DNA from: Amoebidium appalachense
Lineage: Eukaryota > Protista > Ichthyosporea
Assembly (NCBI GenBank): GCA_963693365.1
Contig: CAVNZM010000018.1
Span: 2,270,728 to 2,334,727 of the forward strand
Direction of reading: 5' to 3'
Length of the DNA stretch: 64,000 nt
The notes beneath the pieces are model-generated. The model ran no database searches and had not been told where the DNA came from. It was given only the letters and a program-made list of their open reading frames with translations. Both the position numbers and the translations under genes were made by a program. The stretch's first letter is position 1, and the number at the start of each line of letters is the position of its first letter. Positions 1 through 18,807 of the stretch are shown piece after piece.

Positions 1-1635
<1,635 letters not shown>

Positions 1636-2069
1636 GGTTGTGGAGGTAGGGAGAGAGGGAGAGGAGGGGGTGAATGGCCCTTATTCCCTCTTCTTTCCCC
1701 CCTTCCCCTCACCTTCGAAATAACTTTAAAGGGCTTTCTGTATTGACTTGGGCTTTAGGAGTTCCTTTTTTTGCTTCCTATGAAATAGACACATTAGCCT
1801 GTACATGTTCCCAGTGTATTAAACCAGCCTCTAGCAATCCGCTTTCCTTAGAAGAGAACGGGATTTGAATCTTACACCAGCTCAGAATACCGATCCGAGT
1901 GCCGGTATTCTGTAGTTTCCGTGTGGTTGGGTTTGTCGTATTCTAAACACACCGTGTTTTTGTGTGTGAATAGTCATCTATCGTATTCATGTGCACACTC
2001 TGACACCCCCCTCCCCCTCTCCCCTCCCCCCCTCCCCCCCCCCCCCCCCCCCCCCCCTCTCTGCCCCAG

Positions 2070-5074
<3,005 letters not shown>

Positions 5075-6111
5075 ATTGGGTTAAACTTTGATATTCTCCC
5101 TCTTTCTTCTGGTAAGTGAGACATATCAGTGCAACTATCTGATATAGGTATAGGGATAAAAGGTGTTTTTTCCCCTTGCTTTCTGGCTGGCTATCATCAA
5201 TGTCACGACTAATAATATTGGGGGGGGTGGAATATGTGAAAGAATTTCAATCTCGCCTTTTAAAAAGTCTTCCCTCTCTTTCACACTAGGTAACATTATT
5301 ATACGAACAACCAAAATCGAGACTATACAATACACCATATGATTTCTCACGTTTTTTTCCTAATTAGCTCAACTGCTCATAACAACACGAATATTACAAT
5401 GACACCTGGTACATAGAATACGAAACACCAGTAGGACTTCTCCCCTTTCTTTCCGACTAGCCGCATATTACGAATAGAATTAACGGTTCACAGAATCTGA
5501 TATCTTTTTTTTTTTCTTTTTTTTTTTCCCTCCCCCTGTTCCCTGGCGAGCCATTTATACTTACCAACAGAGTGAAGCTCAGATTAATGAGATATATGAC
5601 ATTGTTTTCTCCCCGTTCCCTTTCAGAATTCTCTTTCGAGTATTCATCAATATCAATAGTGTTGATGTAGTGAAAACCGGAAGGTGTTTACGTAGTGGTG
5701 CGGTTTTGCGTTTTTCTGTTCCTTTTTTTTTCTCTCTCTCTTTCTTTTTATCATTGCCTGTTGTTTGTTTTATTTTTTTGTTTGTTTTAACATTAAAGCA
5801 CTCGCGCTGCTGCGTAAAGTAGATTTGGGAATTGTAAATACATTTCTTTGTGGGTCCCTTGAGTTTAATTAACATTATTCAAGAAATGCATTATGGAGTG
5901 TGTGTGTGTGTAGCAGTAACTATAATTTGGCCTAGGCTGTATAGTCAAATTCTGCTTGCACGAACAGTTTCACATACATAAACACGAAATCCTGGATGTA
6001 ATGCACACGTGTAAGCATAAGCACGTGCGGGCGGGAATGCATTGCCTTGCGCGTGCACATACACACACACAAGCGCGCACACACAGGCGCGCGCGTACGC
6101 GTGCACACACA

Positions 6112-6166
<55 letters not shown>

Positions 6167-6312
6167 ACCCACACACACACACATACACACACACACAGAC
6201 ACACACACACACACACGAACCCACACACACCACACCACCGTGGTAATACTGATGGACGCACCGTAGAACCCTACCTTGTCGAAAATGGAACAAAGCCGCT
6301 TTCTTTTTTCAC

Positions 6313-6350
<38 letters not shown>

Positions 6351-6924
6351 GCCCTTGTCTTGACGTTTTTTTTTTTTTTTTTTTTTTTTTGGCCCTTGTC
6401 TTGACGTTTGCATATAGGTAAGCATGTATGTATACTGTATGTAGTGAATTGGGTTTACATTATATGTCACGGTAAGAAACTCTGGGCAGAATCATAGTAT
6501 TATGACTATCAAATGGCCTTTTTAAAAGTTGTTGCCAATGGTTTGCAGATATAACATATCAATCAGAATATGTACTGTGTAGTAATCAAACAACTAAGTT
6601 ACTTGACAGATGGATGACTAATAAACACATTCATTCTCCTTGGTGAGTGGCCAGTACTGCAAGCTTGCAATATGGCCCAGCTGTTGAAATTTCCTCTTGG
6701 TGGCATCATGTGTGCCATGCGTCTGTTTTGAAACAGCCGTCCGTCCCTTCATGCCGCATAGCTATAGAGAGAGAGGGGAAGGGGGGGGGGGAGGGGGGGG
6801 GGGGGGGGGGGGGGGTAAGGACAGGGAGAGGAAAGGGGGGGAGGGGGGGGGGGGGTAAGGACAGGGGAGGAAAGGGGCCCGGCGGGGGGAGTGTGTGTCT
6901 GTTTGAGAGAGAGCTCTATAGATA

Positions 6925-7320
<396 letters not shown>

Positions 7321-7387
7321 AACCTTGGGCCGCCAGTTGAGGGGTGTATCAAGGGTGCCCTGTGCGTGCGTGTGTGTGTGTCACACG

Positions 7388-7440
<53 letters not shown>

Positions 7441-9409
7441 GGGGGCCGACTAGTCGGACGGCGGGTTTCGATGATCATGATCATGCATGATCAGCGAGTT
7501 GCCAACTTTGGCAGCTGATCATGCATGCATGCAGACACATTTTGGCACTTAAGGCGCGCGTGGCACACACAAGTACTTTTTGTGTATGCCATATGTAGTA
7601 CATTGCAAATGCTTGTAGTTAGCTGTGCTAATGTCGTCGACATTTATGATTTCGAGCACCTTTGTTTTTAAGGAGGTGCGCTGAGAAAAACACGTGCGGG
7701 CCGCCGCTGGGCCGTGAACGCGGGGTCACGGAGCCCCTCGCAGATAAATTGAGATAAGAATCTTGTTTATTGGCTTGCGCGCGATATGATTGGATGAAAT
7801 AAAAACGGTTAGATCTGATCAGCTGGTTCAGCCTATATGCTGTTCTAATATGAGCATGTGCAACTTTTGTAAAGACAAAGTTCCAGTTCTATAAATTGAA
7901 AAATGGGGCTTGTAGTTCTGTTACAAAGCCATAACACAGCACTTTTACACGAACTCACATAGTATTCTCAGGTATCAATAGCTATCAAATACCGTATATA
8001 CTTGTGGGAAGCGATGTGGATGTGGGAATGGCGCACGGTCACAAGTGACTTCCGGAATGCAAAAATTTTGGTCGATAGCCATCTGATTGGCTGTTTCCCG
8101 GGGGTGAGTCACACACAGCGGCCCGGGGTCCGACATGCATCAGTATGCCACTCCAAGTTTCCCAGCTGTAGCGGCCTGCCGGGGGAAAAAGACTATATAT
8201 ATAGAGTTTCAAAGAAATTAACGAATGTGGTAGTTAAATAATATTTTTTGTTTCCCTATTTTCCAAAAAAAAATATGACATTTTGACATTGGAGAGCGTC
8301 GGGCACACCGAACTGCGCCACAAGTGTACGTACGTATGATACGGGACCCCGGCCGTCGGAACGCGCCACCTCAGGACGGTGACCTGACCGCCGATCTACA
8401 AAGCCGCAATCGCGACATAGACTGTTCATCCCACCAATATGAATTTTTCTTGAACATTATATGTTTTTGGTATATTTTACGTCTATTTGTTTGTCTATTA
8501 TTTTTGACTTCATTCTTTGTTTCGTTTCTGTGTATAGAAACAAGAAAAATAAACATGTTTTTGAATCAAGTCAAAGTCACTGGATTGTGGTTTGGCTCAC
8601 ATCATCCCGGCTGTGATTGGCTCGTTTTGTACGGTTCGATAATAACAAGCAGCGGGGGTGTACAGGACATTGTTTACATACGGATAAACTTGTATAAGAA
8701 TAAACATTTCTCCATCCTTTTATATTTGGAAAAGCTTGTGTTTTCTCTGACTAGAGTATTCATTACAAAGTGAACGAAAACAAATGGTTTGCCAAACCCC
8801 GACAGCACGACCCGGCCGGCCGAATCCATGTTTTGCAAGTCAAATTCACATACGCCAGAGTCGTAGCCTCGTAGGACCTCAAGCAAGGGGTGTTTTACAA
8901 GGTTTCCACTCATACAAAACAATATAATAGCATATATTCTTATACCGCTATCTGCTACACAAACCCTCAGAATGCCACACCATATGAACAATAAATATAA
9001 TTAAATCTTTATTAGCCTATATATGTTTACGAAAGTTTGCCTCCTAATAGATCATAGCTTAAGTGACCCAAGCTCATCAATACATAATGGCCTAAATTTG
9101 ATTGTTCCCCCTCATAGAATTTCTTCGGAGCAATACTATTGGCTTCAGCTGAGTTGGAAAGGGGGCAAATATTACATATTTTTACTCCCCTGCATTACCG
9201 GAAAGGGTAATTATACAAACAGATGTGAACAAGCTTCCTTCACAGAACCACGCAAAGTTAGCATATATTTTTACGCGCATAATAAAATTTTGAAAAAAAA
9301 GAATCCTAAATCTCTTTTTGGTTAGGAAAGAATGTGAAATCCCATAGAGTCAATTTTCGCATGTTGCTCGCGGATTATGGAATAACTTTCGACCCAACCC
9401 TCCTCCCGC

Positions 9410-9431
9410 GCAGCCAATCATTTCACGTCAG
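9410..9431 (+). promoter_or_regulatory. CCAAT box (AGCCAATCA) plus CRE-like CACGTCA upstream of the Myc-like gene
   Basis: gcagccaatcatttcacgtca about 360 bp upstream of ATG 9783; motif match only. Confidence 0.4.
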
Positions 9432-9782
9432 ACAACAACAAAGGCGCCACAACAACACAAAGTGTCCCTCTTTTCCTCCCCTCGCACGTTCGCGCCGGGG
9501 CAGTTTTTTTTTTTCGTTTCGGGCTTTCGGGCGGCTTTTTGTCTTGCCCTGATTCGCGTGGTGTTTTGCCTTTGGCACACCTCGACTAGATAAACAAAAA
9601 AACTAGCAAGCTGTTCAGGGGTTCTGCACGTTCACCCATTTCTTGTGACGCCGAAATAGCCCGAGATTCACCCTCTCAGTTTCGTCCGGCTTGGTAGTCT
9701 TTTTTTTTCGCTTTTTCCTTCGTTCAGATTCCCTATTAGCCCTCGTTAACTTTTTGCTTTCACTTTACCAAACATCATCAAC

Positions 9783-11484
9783 ATGGCTCTTCTTCAAGCA
9801 CACACGCTCGACGACTTCGGGCACAGCGACGAGTGGCCTTCCACCCTCGACTGTTTCTCCGACACTCTTCTGGACGTTGACTTCTCAAGCACGGTCAACT
9901 TTGACCTTCCCACCCCACCCGCATCAGAAGCATGTTCGCCACTAAACTCACCCGGCCCCTTTCCTCCCTATGCCGAAAACACCTCCCTCTTCTTGCACAT
10001 CGACACCATTAACATCTTGAAATCTGAATTCGGTGACGTCGCTCCTAAAACCGAGTCTGAATCCGAGGAAGACCTTCCCCTCACACCCCGTTCAGAACAA
10101 TCAAACACGACGCGCATGTTATCAGAACTGAAGGACATTAAGACAGAGACGAAGCTTGAATCTACGTTTCTCCCACTATGCACAGAGTTGTCTCTCCCCC
10201 CCTCCCCTCTCCTTGATCTACCCACGGAGGGGGTAGAGTTGTTTGGGCCCGAAGGCATTCCACCCATGCAGGTCTTTGCTCCGGCTCAGCCACAGTGGCC
10301 CGGATCTGTGCTCTATGCACAAGAAGAAGATTCAGGTGGGTAAAGGTCTCACGGTGGGCTGTGTAGATACGGAGTGGTTGTGTGGGAGGCTCCCTTTATT
10401 CCTGAGTTTTTGGAGGGTCGAGTGAGAATCTTCAAGTGTGCGCTGGTCTAGTTCTTCATGTAAAGCTCCAAGCAGCTTGCTTTTTCAGAAGGCAAGTGCA
10501 GGCATGGGCATTTTACCTTATGTGATAATGCACAGGTCATCTTGCTTTGCCTTTCAACTCTCTATTTATAACCTTAACGTGGCTGAGGCCAGCGAAATTA
10601 TTTTGCGCAAACGCAGTGTGCTTATCCCCCCCCCCCCCCCCCCCCCCCTCAGACGATGACATCGACGTTGTGACGGTCGACCCCTTCCCTGCTGCTCTTG
10701 CCCTCAAGCGGCCTTTTACTTTTTTGCCCACTGAGCCTGGCCCTTATATGTTCCCTATGGCTGAGCCATTTCTGGTGCGTGTTTTTTTCCCCTCCCCTTT
10801 AGAAAGTTTGGCTGCATGGAACTTATGTGAGCTAATGGGGTATCAGAGGCTGGTGTGGCCATAGTTTCCAGCACGATTGTTGTGTGTGAGGAGAAGGGGA
10901 GGGGTTGCGGGAGAGAGAGAGAGAGATGTTATTTAGAATAGTGGAACGGTAGTTTGTGATCTTCCTACGGGTGTGTTAACATGAAAATATGACGGTGTTC
11001 AAGACAGGAAAAATAAGACAGGGACAAGTGCACAAGAAGTGCATACGATAATAAACATTCAAGTGATGTATGGTCCCAAACCGTGGGGGGGGGGGGGGGG
11101 GGGGGGTTGGTGTAGGGATGTGGGAAGGGGGGTCGAAGGGAGTCTTTTGCACACGTGTGATGAAGATGCCTCTTTCTGTTTCTAACGCAAGGTTCTTTTG
11201 CACGCAGACACAACCCAACACGCCTGAGCCCAAGCGAGCGCGCACAGAGAGCAACAGCAGCAACGCGACCCAGAACAGTGTCGGAGGGCGCAAGAGAAAA
11301 CCGGCAGGGAGCGAAGAACAGCAGGCAAAGAGGGACATGCACAACACGCTGGAGAGGAAGCGGAGGGAGGACCTGAAGGCCTCGTTTGATGCCCTCAGGT
11401 GGGCGCTGCCGAACTTGGATCCCAACGACAAGCAGCCTAAGGTGTATGAGTGTGTGTGCGTGTGTGGTTTCGGCACGTGTGCGT

Positions 11485-11515
<31 letters not shown>

Positions 11516-11908
11516 GGGGGGGGGGGCTTCCGTTGCTGGGAGTGTAGGTTATCTTGAGCATCTCAACTCGGCTTACCTGTTAGTAGTTCTCACATCCTTG
11601 CGTTATTGAACCTTTGCACTGCCGAGCTTCATTTCACGTCACACAATATCTCTCTTGTCTGCTTCTTGTGTTTGCTTGCCAGTGTAGATGCGTATTAATT
11701 GTATTCATTCAGTTTACTCCTTTTTTTGGGTGTTGCAACTTGCTCATTCCCCTCTTTATTTCCGCAGCAAGTGACTGTGCTTGACGGTGCCGCCGACCAC
11801 ATCCGCGTTCTGAGGGAGAGACACCGTCAGCTGCTGGAAGCACGGCACACAATCTTTATGGAGAACCAACGCCTGGAAGAGTTGGCTGCGCAGATGGCAA
11901 AGAAATAA
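9783..11908 (+). CDS. MYC: Myc-family bHLH-leucine zipper transcription factor. Exons 9783-10335, 10653-10774, 11208-11441, 11768-11908
   Basis: MBI-like FDLPTPPAS; MBIIIb-like EEDSDDDIDVVTV spanning the exon 1/2 junction; bHLH KRDMHNTLERKRREDLKASFDALRWALPNLDPNDKQPK(Q)VTVLDGAADHIRVL followed by a Leu zipper and TAA; GT-AG junctions in phase. Confidence 0.9.
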
Positions 11909-14348
11909 CCTGGTGACGTTTTAACGTCCAGACAAACATTGGGTATGCAAATGCTGCAAGGGAGCGGATGTCGAGTTTTCTTTTGCATCTGTAAGCGTGG
12001 GACCGAGATGGAGGGATGGTGTGTGAGGGTCTTCGCCTGGTTACAAGTTGAGGTGAAGGGAGGAGTGAACCTTGTGCCCGGTGTGTGTGTGTGTGTACGG
12101 CAGAGCTACGAGAGAGAGGTGTGGATGGTTTCTTGTGGTTTGTTTGTTCACGGACATATCGATGTTTCTTTTTCTTCTTCTTTTACTTGTTCTTTTTTCA
12201 TTTTATTTTTTGCCCGTTTCTTCCCCTCTTTCCCTCTCCCTTTTGGTGGTTGCCCTCTGGTGATATTTGTTAAAGAGCCGGGGGGTGATAAATTTATAGG
12301 AGGTAGATCTTCCATCTTATGGGACCGTGATATTATTACTGCCGTGTACCTAATGCTCAATATGCTTGGTTTTGTACGATAAGGGTATTTTCCCTTCTGT
12401 ATCATAAGTGTTTCGTCTAGGAAGAGTACTTCTATTGGAAATGATAACTGCGCGATGTGGGGTGGGGATTTTTCTCCCCCCGCTGTGATAATGGTGGGAG
12501 TGAAAGAAGGTAACGTCTTCTGTGGCTTCTGCTCCTCTAACTACCATATGTGGTTATTCTTGTATCTCTTTCATTGCCTAACGCTTGGAAAGTAATAGTG
12601 TCCGTTGTATGTCGTTTGCATAATTACTTTATCTCTCTTTTTTCCATATTTTAACAGTAATAATCTCATAGCCAATCAAATCAAATCACACGGTGGATGA
12701 AGGATGCAACACCATATATAACCAGCCCACAACCCCGAATGAACCATGCATGGAATAGATAGAAAAGCCTAGAAGGTATGTCGTTATTGTTTCTGCGCGC
12801 ACGTGTCCTGTGGATGACGTGTGCGTCAGGGTTACCTAATAAAAGCACAAACTGAATAAATACTTAGAGATCGACATCCTTTTGCGAGTGGGGGGGGGGG
12901 CATGCATGATACAGAAATACTGCAATCTTTGATGATATATCGACTAGCAATAGGCTAAGCCCGCTCGTCTGTGCTTGGTAGTCACTTTGAGTGCTGTCTC
13001 CCTGCGGCCCGGCTCAACATACCATGTATGTTGCCGCAGGCGACAGTCACTAGACAAAGGTTCTGATTGCGCAAACAAATTTAAATCTACAGCAGATGGT
13101 TGGTTCAAAGTTGCATTAATAATTTAAGGAAGCGTTCCTATTGTCCAACACCAAAGTTACGGAAGTTTTCCTATTGCCCATGAGGAAAATAAAGCGTTCC
13201 GATTGCCCATCAGATTTACATAGCCCCGGCTGGAGACGTCCCGCGGCGTAGTAGTGCTCAGCCACTTACGTAAGCCAGTGGGTACATAGCCATGGACTAC
13301 ATGTTCGTATCTGATCATGGCATGCTGCATGGACATGCCTTGCCCACCCAAGTACGGCACCGACACAAGCGCACCCAGAGTCTGACCGACAACACGCGTG
13401 GAAACATAGATTGCACACATTTGTAGCCCATCCCCCCTTCGAATTCCCCTCCCCCCCCCCCCCCTCCCCCCCCCCCCCCCCCCCCCCGGGGGCCCCGGGG
13501 CCCCGGGCCTTCCCCATTCCCCCGTAATTTTTTATAGCCCGTCCTGCTAGCCGAGTCGGCTGTTTTTTCACTACCTCTTCCGCGCTCTTTCTCACCCCTG
13601 ATCAGCACTACGGTACCGATCCTCCCCCTCCCCCCCCCCCCCCCCCCCTCCCCCCCCCCCCCCCCCCCCCCCAAGGCAGGCCTCCCCCCCGGCCCCTGCT
13701 AGGGCCCGGGCCACTGTGCGTGCTCCTATGAATTCGTTTCTCACAGTAATGGGGGCTGGTTCTTTGCATTCTTTCTTCAGTGCACTCTAATAGTATGTTT
13801 ACCTTCACCCACTGCACAACGCATTTTTGCACGTGTTCTTTCCAATTCGCACCTTAATGTATGCAACTCACCCTCTTTCCTTAAAACATCGGTTTAGTGA
13901 TGTATCTCTAAGCCTACAGTCTTTGATTTGCCTCCTGTACATGACCCCTCCCTCCCCCCCCCAATCCATTCTCCCCTTCCCCCCCCCCCCCCCCCCTCCC
14001 CCCCCCCCCCTTTGCCAGTTATCTGCTCGTCACCTGGCAGTGCAGGCTTTTACTCATGCTAAACCTTGTGTACCAATGCTCTATCTGTATATATGTACAT
14101 ACCTATGAGGCCCATTTTGTACACATTGGCATATCGTGTCACCGGATCGATTGGCCGGAGCCTCATGATCAGGTAATCCGATCGGCCAATCAAATGCAAT
14201 GATCTCCTCTTCCACTATGTAACGATGGTACCATGCTTTCATATTATTATTAGGCACGGTTACTTAGGTTTGAGTTGCTTTTGTCAAGTGCACACACCAT
14301 GGCCACTAGCCTCTCGTGCATTGACACACCTTATTGATACATGTGGGT

Positions 14349-14432
14349 ACTATTCTATAGTACTATTCATATTCTATAGTAATATTCATATTCTATAGCA
14401 CTATTCATATTCTATAGTACTTTTCATATTCA
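14349..14432. repeat. Tandem repeat, about 19-bp unit TACTATTCATATTCTATAG, about 4 copies
   Basis: Seen directly in the sequence. Confidence 0.8.
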
Positions 14433-14445
14433 ACATCTGGCGAAC

Positions 14446-14584
14446 AAGTGATCTGAGAATCAAAATTAAAAGGGAATCTCGGTCCCAATCAAATGGCTCA
14501 GAATTTTTAGAGGGATTCTCGGGCCCGATCAGATCATCGGCCAGTTTATGCGATTCCCTGACTGGCATCCCGGCGTTATCACTA
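14446..14584. mobile_element. About 140-bp MITE-like element, copy 1 (TAGTGATAAC-type TIR family; left TIR degenerate)
   Basis: Colinear similarity to the reverse complement of 36501-36639 (shared TCTCGGTCCCAATC, CAGATCATCGG and GTTATCACTA end). No TSD recognised. Confidence 0.65.
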
Positions 14585-14727
14585 TTTGGCCGTATGTAAG
14601 GTGCCTGCCCGGCACCATTTTGTAGGGGGGCTTCTAGACTTCCCTTTATGCCCATATCATTATTTATTTATGAAACTCTTCAAGTTCTCGTATAATACAC
14701 CTAAGGGGGAGGGGAGGGGGGGGGGGT

Positions 14728-14760
<33 letters not shown>

Positions 14761-15473
14761 GGGGGGGGGGGGGGGGAGGGGGGGGGGGGGGGGGGGGAGG
14801 GGGGGGGGGGGGGGGGCTGGAATTACAAATTAAGTTTTGGGCAGTCGCCAATAAGCCGTGGTGAGCCCAACATCTTCTGGCACTGAACGGTTTTGCAAGA
14901 AAACCCCACTTTGCTGCTAGTGTATTCTTATTGGTGGGAATTATGAACTTTCGGACGGATGGCATCTGTAGAGTTAACTTGGATTGGGGAGAGGGGGGAG
15001 GGGGGAGGGGAGGGGAGCAGCATCTCGTAATGTTTATCTCTGTGAAAATGATTTCCCTTAATTTTCAATCTTTTTGTTTTTTTTGCTAAAAGATCGGGGC
15101 TTCAGACAGTGCTAAGAATGCCATACAGGGGTCGTTAAGGATTAAGATAATTCACCTATAAGATAATTAGTACTAGATTTTTTGGAAAAAAATAAGATTC
15201 TAGGGGCTACCGAGGCTGGGGGAAAAATAAGATAGCGGGGAGGTTAGGGGGGGACGGGGGGGGGGGGGGGGGGGGGGGGGGGGATTCGGAGGGGGCACTG
15301 TGGCTTCCCTACTTAAAATTAACCTAGTCCAGTATTATTATTATGAGGCTGTGCACAAGAAAAGCCCTTCTGTGGAGCAGATCATTATTCTTTTCTGATT
15401 AGCGTGAAGTCCTTTGGAAGCTTTTGCTTCATTACCAATCAACAGACAGAAAAAGTCAATGTGCCGTGTGTGT

Positions 15474-15524
<51 letters not shown>

Positions 15525-15617
15525 CGCGCGCAATCGGCTAAGAAAGAGTGTTACGGTTTACATTACTGAGCCCACGGCGCCCTGGACTCCCCGGCTTTAT
15601 TATGCACCTTTCTGTGC

Positions 15618-15741
15618 GAAGTGTGCGAAAATGTGTGCATATCTGTGTGTACATTTGGTTTTTGTGTTCGTTTGTCACTGTGTGTGTTAGTATGTGTGTG
15701 TGTGGTGTGTGTGTGTGTGTGTGCGCACATATGTGTCTCAC

Positions 15742-15778
<37 letters not shown>

Positions 15779-15847
15779 GTGTGTCTGCGGTCGGGTCACG
15801 GTGTACGATGTGTGTGTGGCCCCCACTCCCCCCTTCCTCCCTGGCCT

Positions 15848-15894
<47 letters not shown>

Positions 15895-16080
15895 AAAATG
15901 TGTGCAGATGTCTGCGTGTACATTTGGATTTTGTGTTCGTTTGTCACTAGGTGTGTGTGTGTGTGTGTGTGTGTGCACGTGTGTATAGCACGATGTGCGT
16001 GTGTTTGTGTGTTTTGTGTCCGTGTGACGGTGCACGGTGTGTGTGTGTGTGCGTATCCCCCTCCTCCCCCCCCCTTTCCC

Positions 16081-16117
<37 letters not shown>

Positions 16118-16176
16118 TGTCCTGTCTGCTGTCCTAAGGGTCCTCTGCATGGGCGGGGAATTTTTTTTTTTTTTTT

Positions 16177-16226
<50 letters not shown>

Positions 16227-16370
16227 GTGCGAAAATGTGTGCATGTCTGTGTGTACATTTGGATTTTGTGCTCGCTTGTCACTCTTTGTTTGTGTGTGTG
16301 TGGTGTGTGTGTGTGTGTGTGTTTATGTGTATGTCCGTGTGACGGTGCACGGTGTGTGTGTGCGTCCCCC
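15618..16370. repeat. Three diverged tandem copies of an about 280-330-bp unit (AAAATGTGTGCA...GTGTACATTTGG...TTGTCACT...) separated by GT and G/C runs
   Basis: Cores begin near 15618, 15892 and 16225. Confidence 0.8.
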
Positions 16371-16569
16371 CCCAACCTCCCCCCTTCCCCCAATTTGAAC
16401 CCCCCCACCCCCCCCCCCTTTTCCCCCCCCTCCCCCCCCCCCCCCCCCCCCCCCTCCCCAAAAAAAAAAAAAAAAAAAAAAAAAATTCCCGCAGCCCAGA
16501 AGAAGGAATCACAGCACCGGGGCGGGCGGGCGGGCGGGGCAATTGCAAGCAGGCGGGCACATGGGCGGG

Positions 16570-16618
<49 letters not shown>

Positions 16619-17653
16619 ATAAGGGATATTGAACCAAGAAACCTTAAGATTTTAGACCCTAAACCGTATTTACCTGTTATTTTAAAAGCGAGTGACCCCT
16701 GTATATATATTACAGTCGGTGCCATCATAGTAGACACAACGAGATAGTTGCTTAGATAGTTTCACTGGATATCCAACGAGATATACCAAAAACGAGAATT
16801 CTATTGTAAGGCTAATAAAATCTGCTGTGTATGGGCTCAACTACGGGGGTCAACAATTGCTAAATTTCAAGGGGAGATTCAAACTGTCTAACGAATAAGA
16901 TTAATTGTTTTTGGGACTGCTGAGTTTGTAGAGATGTTATCACCCCTAAGAAACACTTTTTTGATCGTAAAACATTTATTTCCTGAAAGTTTATAAGTTT
17001 TACTATATTGTAGAAATAATAGTCCTGCAGGCAGCGCTGCAGCCAAAAACGTTAGCCAGCAAGGTGACAAAACTAACCTTTTATGGTTAGCCACCTGCCA
17101 AAAATGGCGCATAAATATTTGGCTAATTTTTATTGGTTGACACCTGCCATCATACTTAACGAATACTCAGTGTCTGTGCATGTGCATGTTCGCCGATCAA
17201 GAGTACTGTCTGGCTGCCTGTTTTGTGTAAAAATGCAAAATACACAAAATACAAACACATCAGCCTGACACGGTAATGCTACGTCCACTAAGAACGTCAC
17301 GGTTTACTTCCGTCATATGTGTGTGCGGGTCCGCCGAGGGAGGGGGGTGGGCGGGGGAGAGGATGGGGGGAGGATGGGGGGGGAGGGGGGGAGGGGGGGG
17401 GAGGGGAGGGGGAGGATGGGGGGAAGGGGGGAGATTGAGGGGGGGAGGGGGGAGGGGGGGAGGGGGAAGTTTCAGACCAGTGCAGGCCAGACTGTCTTTT
17501 TTTGGCATTTTACTGTGTGACGTCAATATGACGTCAGACGTGTCGTGTCCGTGTCAGCGTATATGGTTACTGCCCGGCCCCTTACTTTATGAGCGCGCGT
17601 AACCTACTGCGTGTGTGCATGCACGCATGTGTGCGGGCGTTGTTGTGTGTGTG

Positions 17654-17716
<63 letters not shown>

Positions 17717-18337
17717 ACGTGCGCGCATGTGTATATTTGTGTGTGTGTGTTCGTGTGCGTGCACGCGGGTGAGTATGTGTGTTTGTGTTTGCGTGTGCCT
17801 GTGTGTGTGTGCTGGCGCGTGTGCGCACATGTTCTATGCGCATATGTGCACATCTGCGCCACACGCACTTGACTCTATGATGTGTATGGCAAAACACCAA
17901 TTACAGAGCCGCGGGTCAGCCGATCAGAAGCAAACTGTGACCACTGACCATCTAATATCACGTTTTATCCAAAAGAAAACCAAAATAGCAACTCTGCTTT
18001 GGTCAATTCTGGTCCCTATGGCGTGAGACAGTTTTTGTTTTTCTCGGTAATTTAATTGATTGTGACGTGCCATGAGTCATTTTTCTGATTACGGGCGGTA
18101 TATTTCATTGGACCGCCAAACTCAAATACAGATCCTTTCGGCATTCGAAATAGCTCAAAAAAATAATATCAAGATACTATTAACGACTTAAAATATTAAC
18201 CACAACTATCCTTCCCTGATATTTTCAAACACACGATTTCAACAGAGATTTGAATCATACAAATATCTATGAACCGTCACACGGCTACCGCACAAACCCG
18301 TGTTCTTGTACAATTCTGTGTGTATTCGATTCATAAT

Positions 18338-18479
18338 CTTCTATTTATATTAAGGCACCGTTCTATTTATATTAAGGCACTTCTATTTTTTATTAAGGCA
18401 CTTCTATTTAGACTAAGGCACTTCTATTTATATTAAGGCACTTCTATTTATATTAAGGCACTTCTATTTATATTAAGGC
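18338..18479. repeat. Minisatellite, 20-bp unit CTTCTATTTATATTAAGGCA, about 7 copies
   Basis: Seen directly in the sequence. Confidence 0.92.
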
Positions 18480-18653
18480 TGATATCGGTGATTTAGCCTA
18501 GATACATTATTGACAAGCACAGTGTGTGTTTCTTTCATTGCTGCTCTGCCATAAAACTTTAGTAGTACAACTCCAACTTCATAATTTCAGACTGTGTTGA
18601 ACACACACTTTCTCGTTTGGAAAAAAAAAAAAAAAAAAAAAAGGTGTGTGTGT

Positions 18654-18703
<50 letters not shown>

Positions 18704-18807
18704 AGAGGGGGACGGCGGAGGACACATGATCAATATTGTGACGAAATCTCTCCCTCTCCGAGCATTTCAAGTGAAAGAAAATAAATTGATATTGATCTCC
18801 GGTGTAG

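Noticed and set aside
7990-9330. Short ORFs upstream of Myc
   Set aside because: No recognisable motifs or splice structure; likely regulatory or decayed TE sequence.
17030-17146. Small element with loose inverted ends (..AGCCAAAAACGTTAGCCA / TGGCTAATTTTTATTGGTTG..)
   Set aside because: Too degenerate and no TSD.
17261-17561. MITE with CTGACACGG/CCGTGTCAG inverted ends
   Set aside because: Only a 9-bp inverted match, no TSD and no second copy in the window.
18338-18479. CRISPR- or iteron-like 20-bp repeats
   Set aside because: Plain AT-rich minisatellite without spacers.
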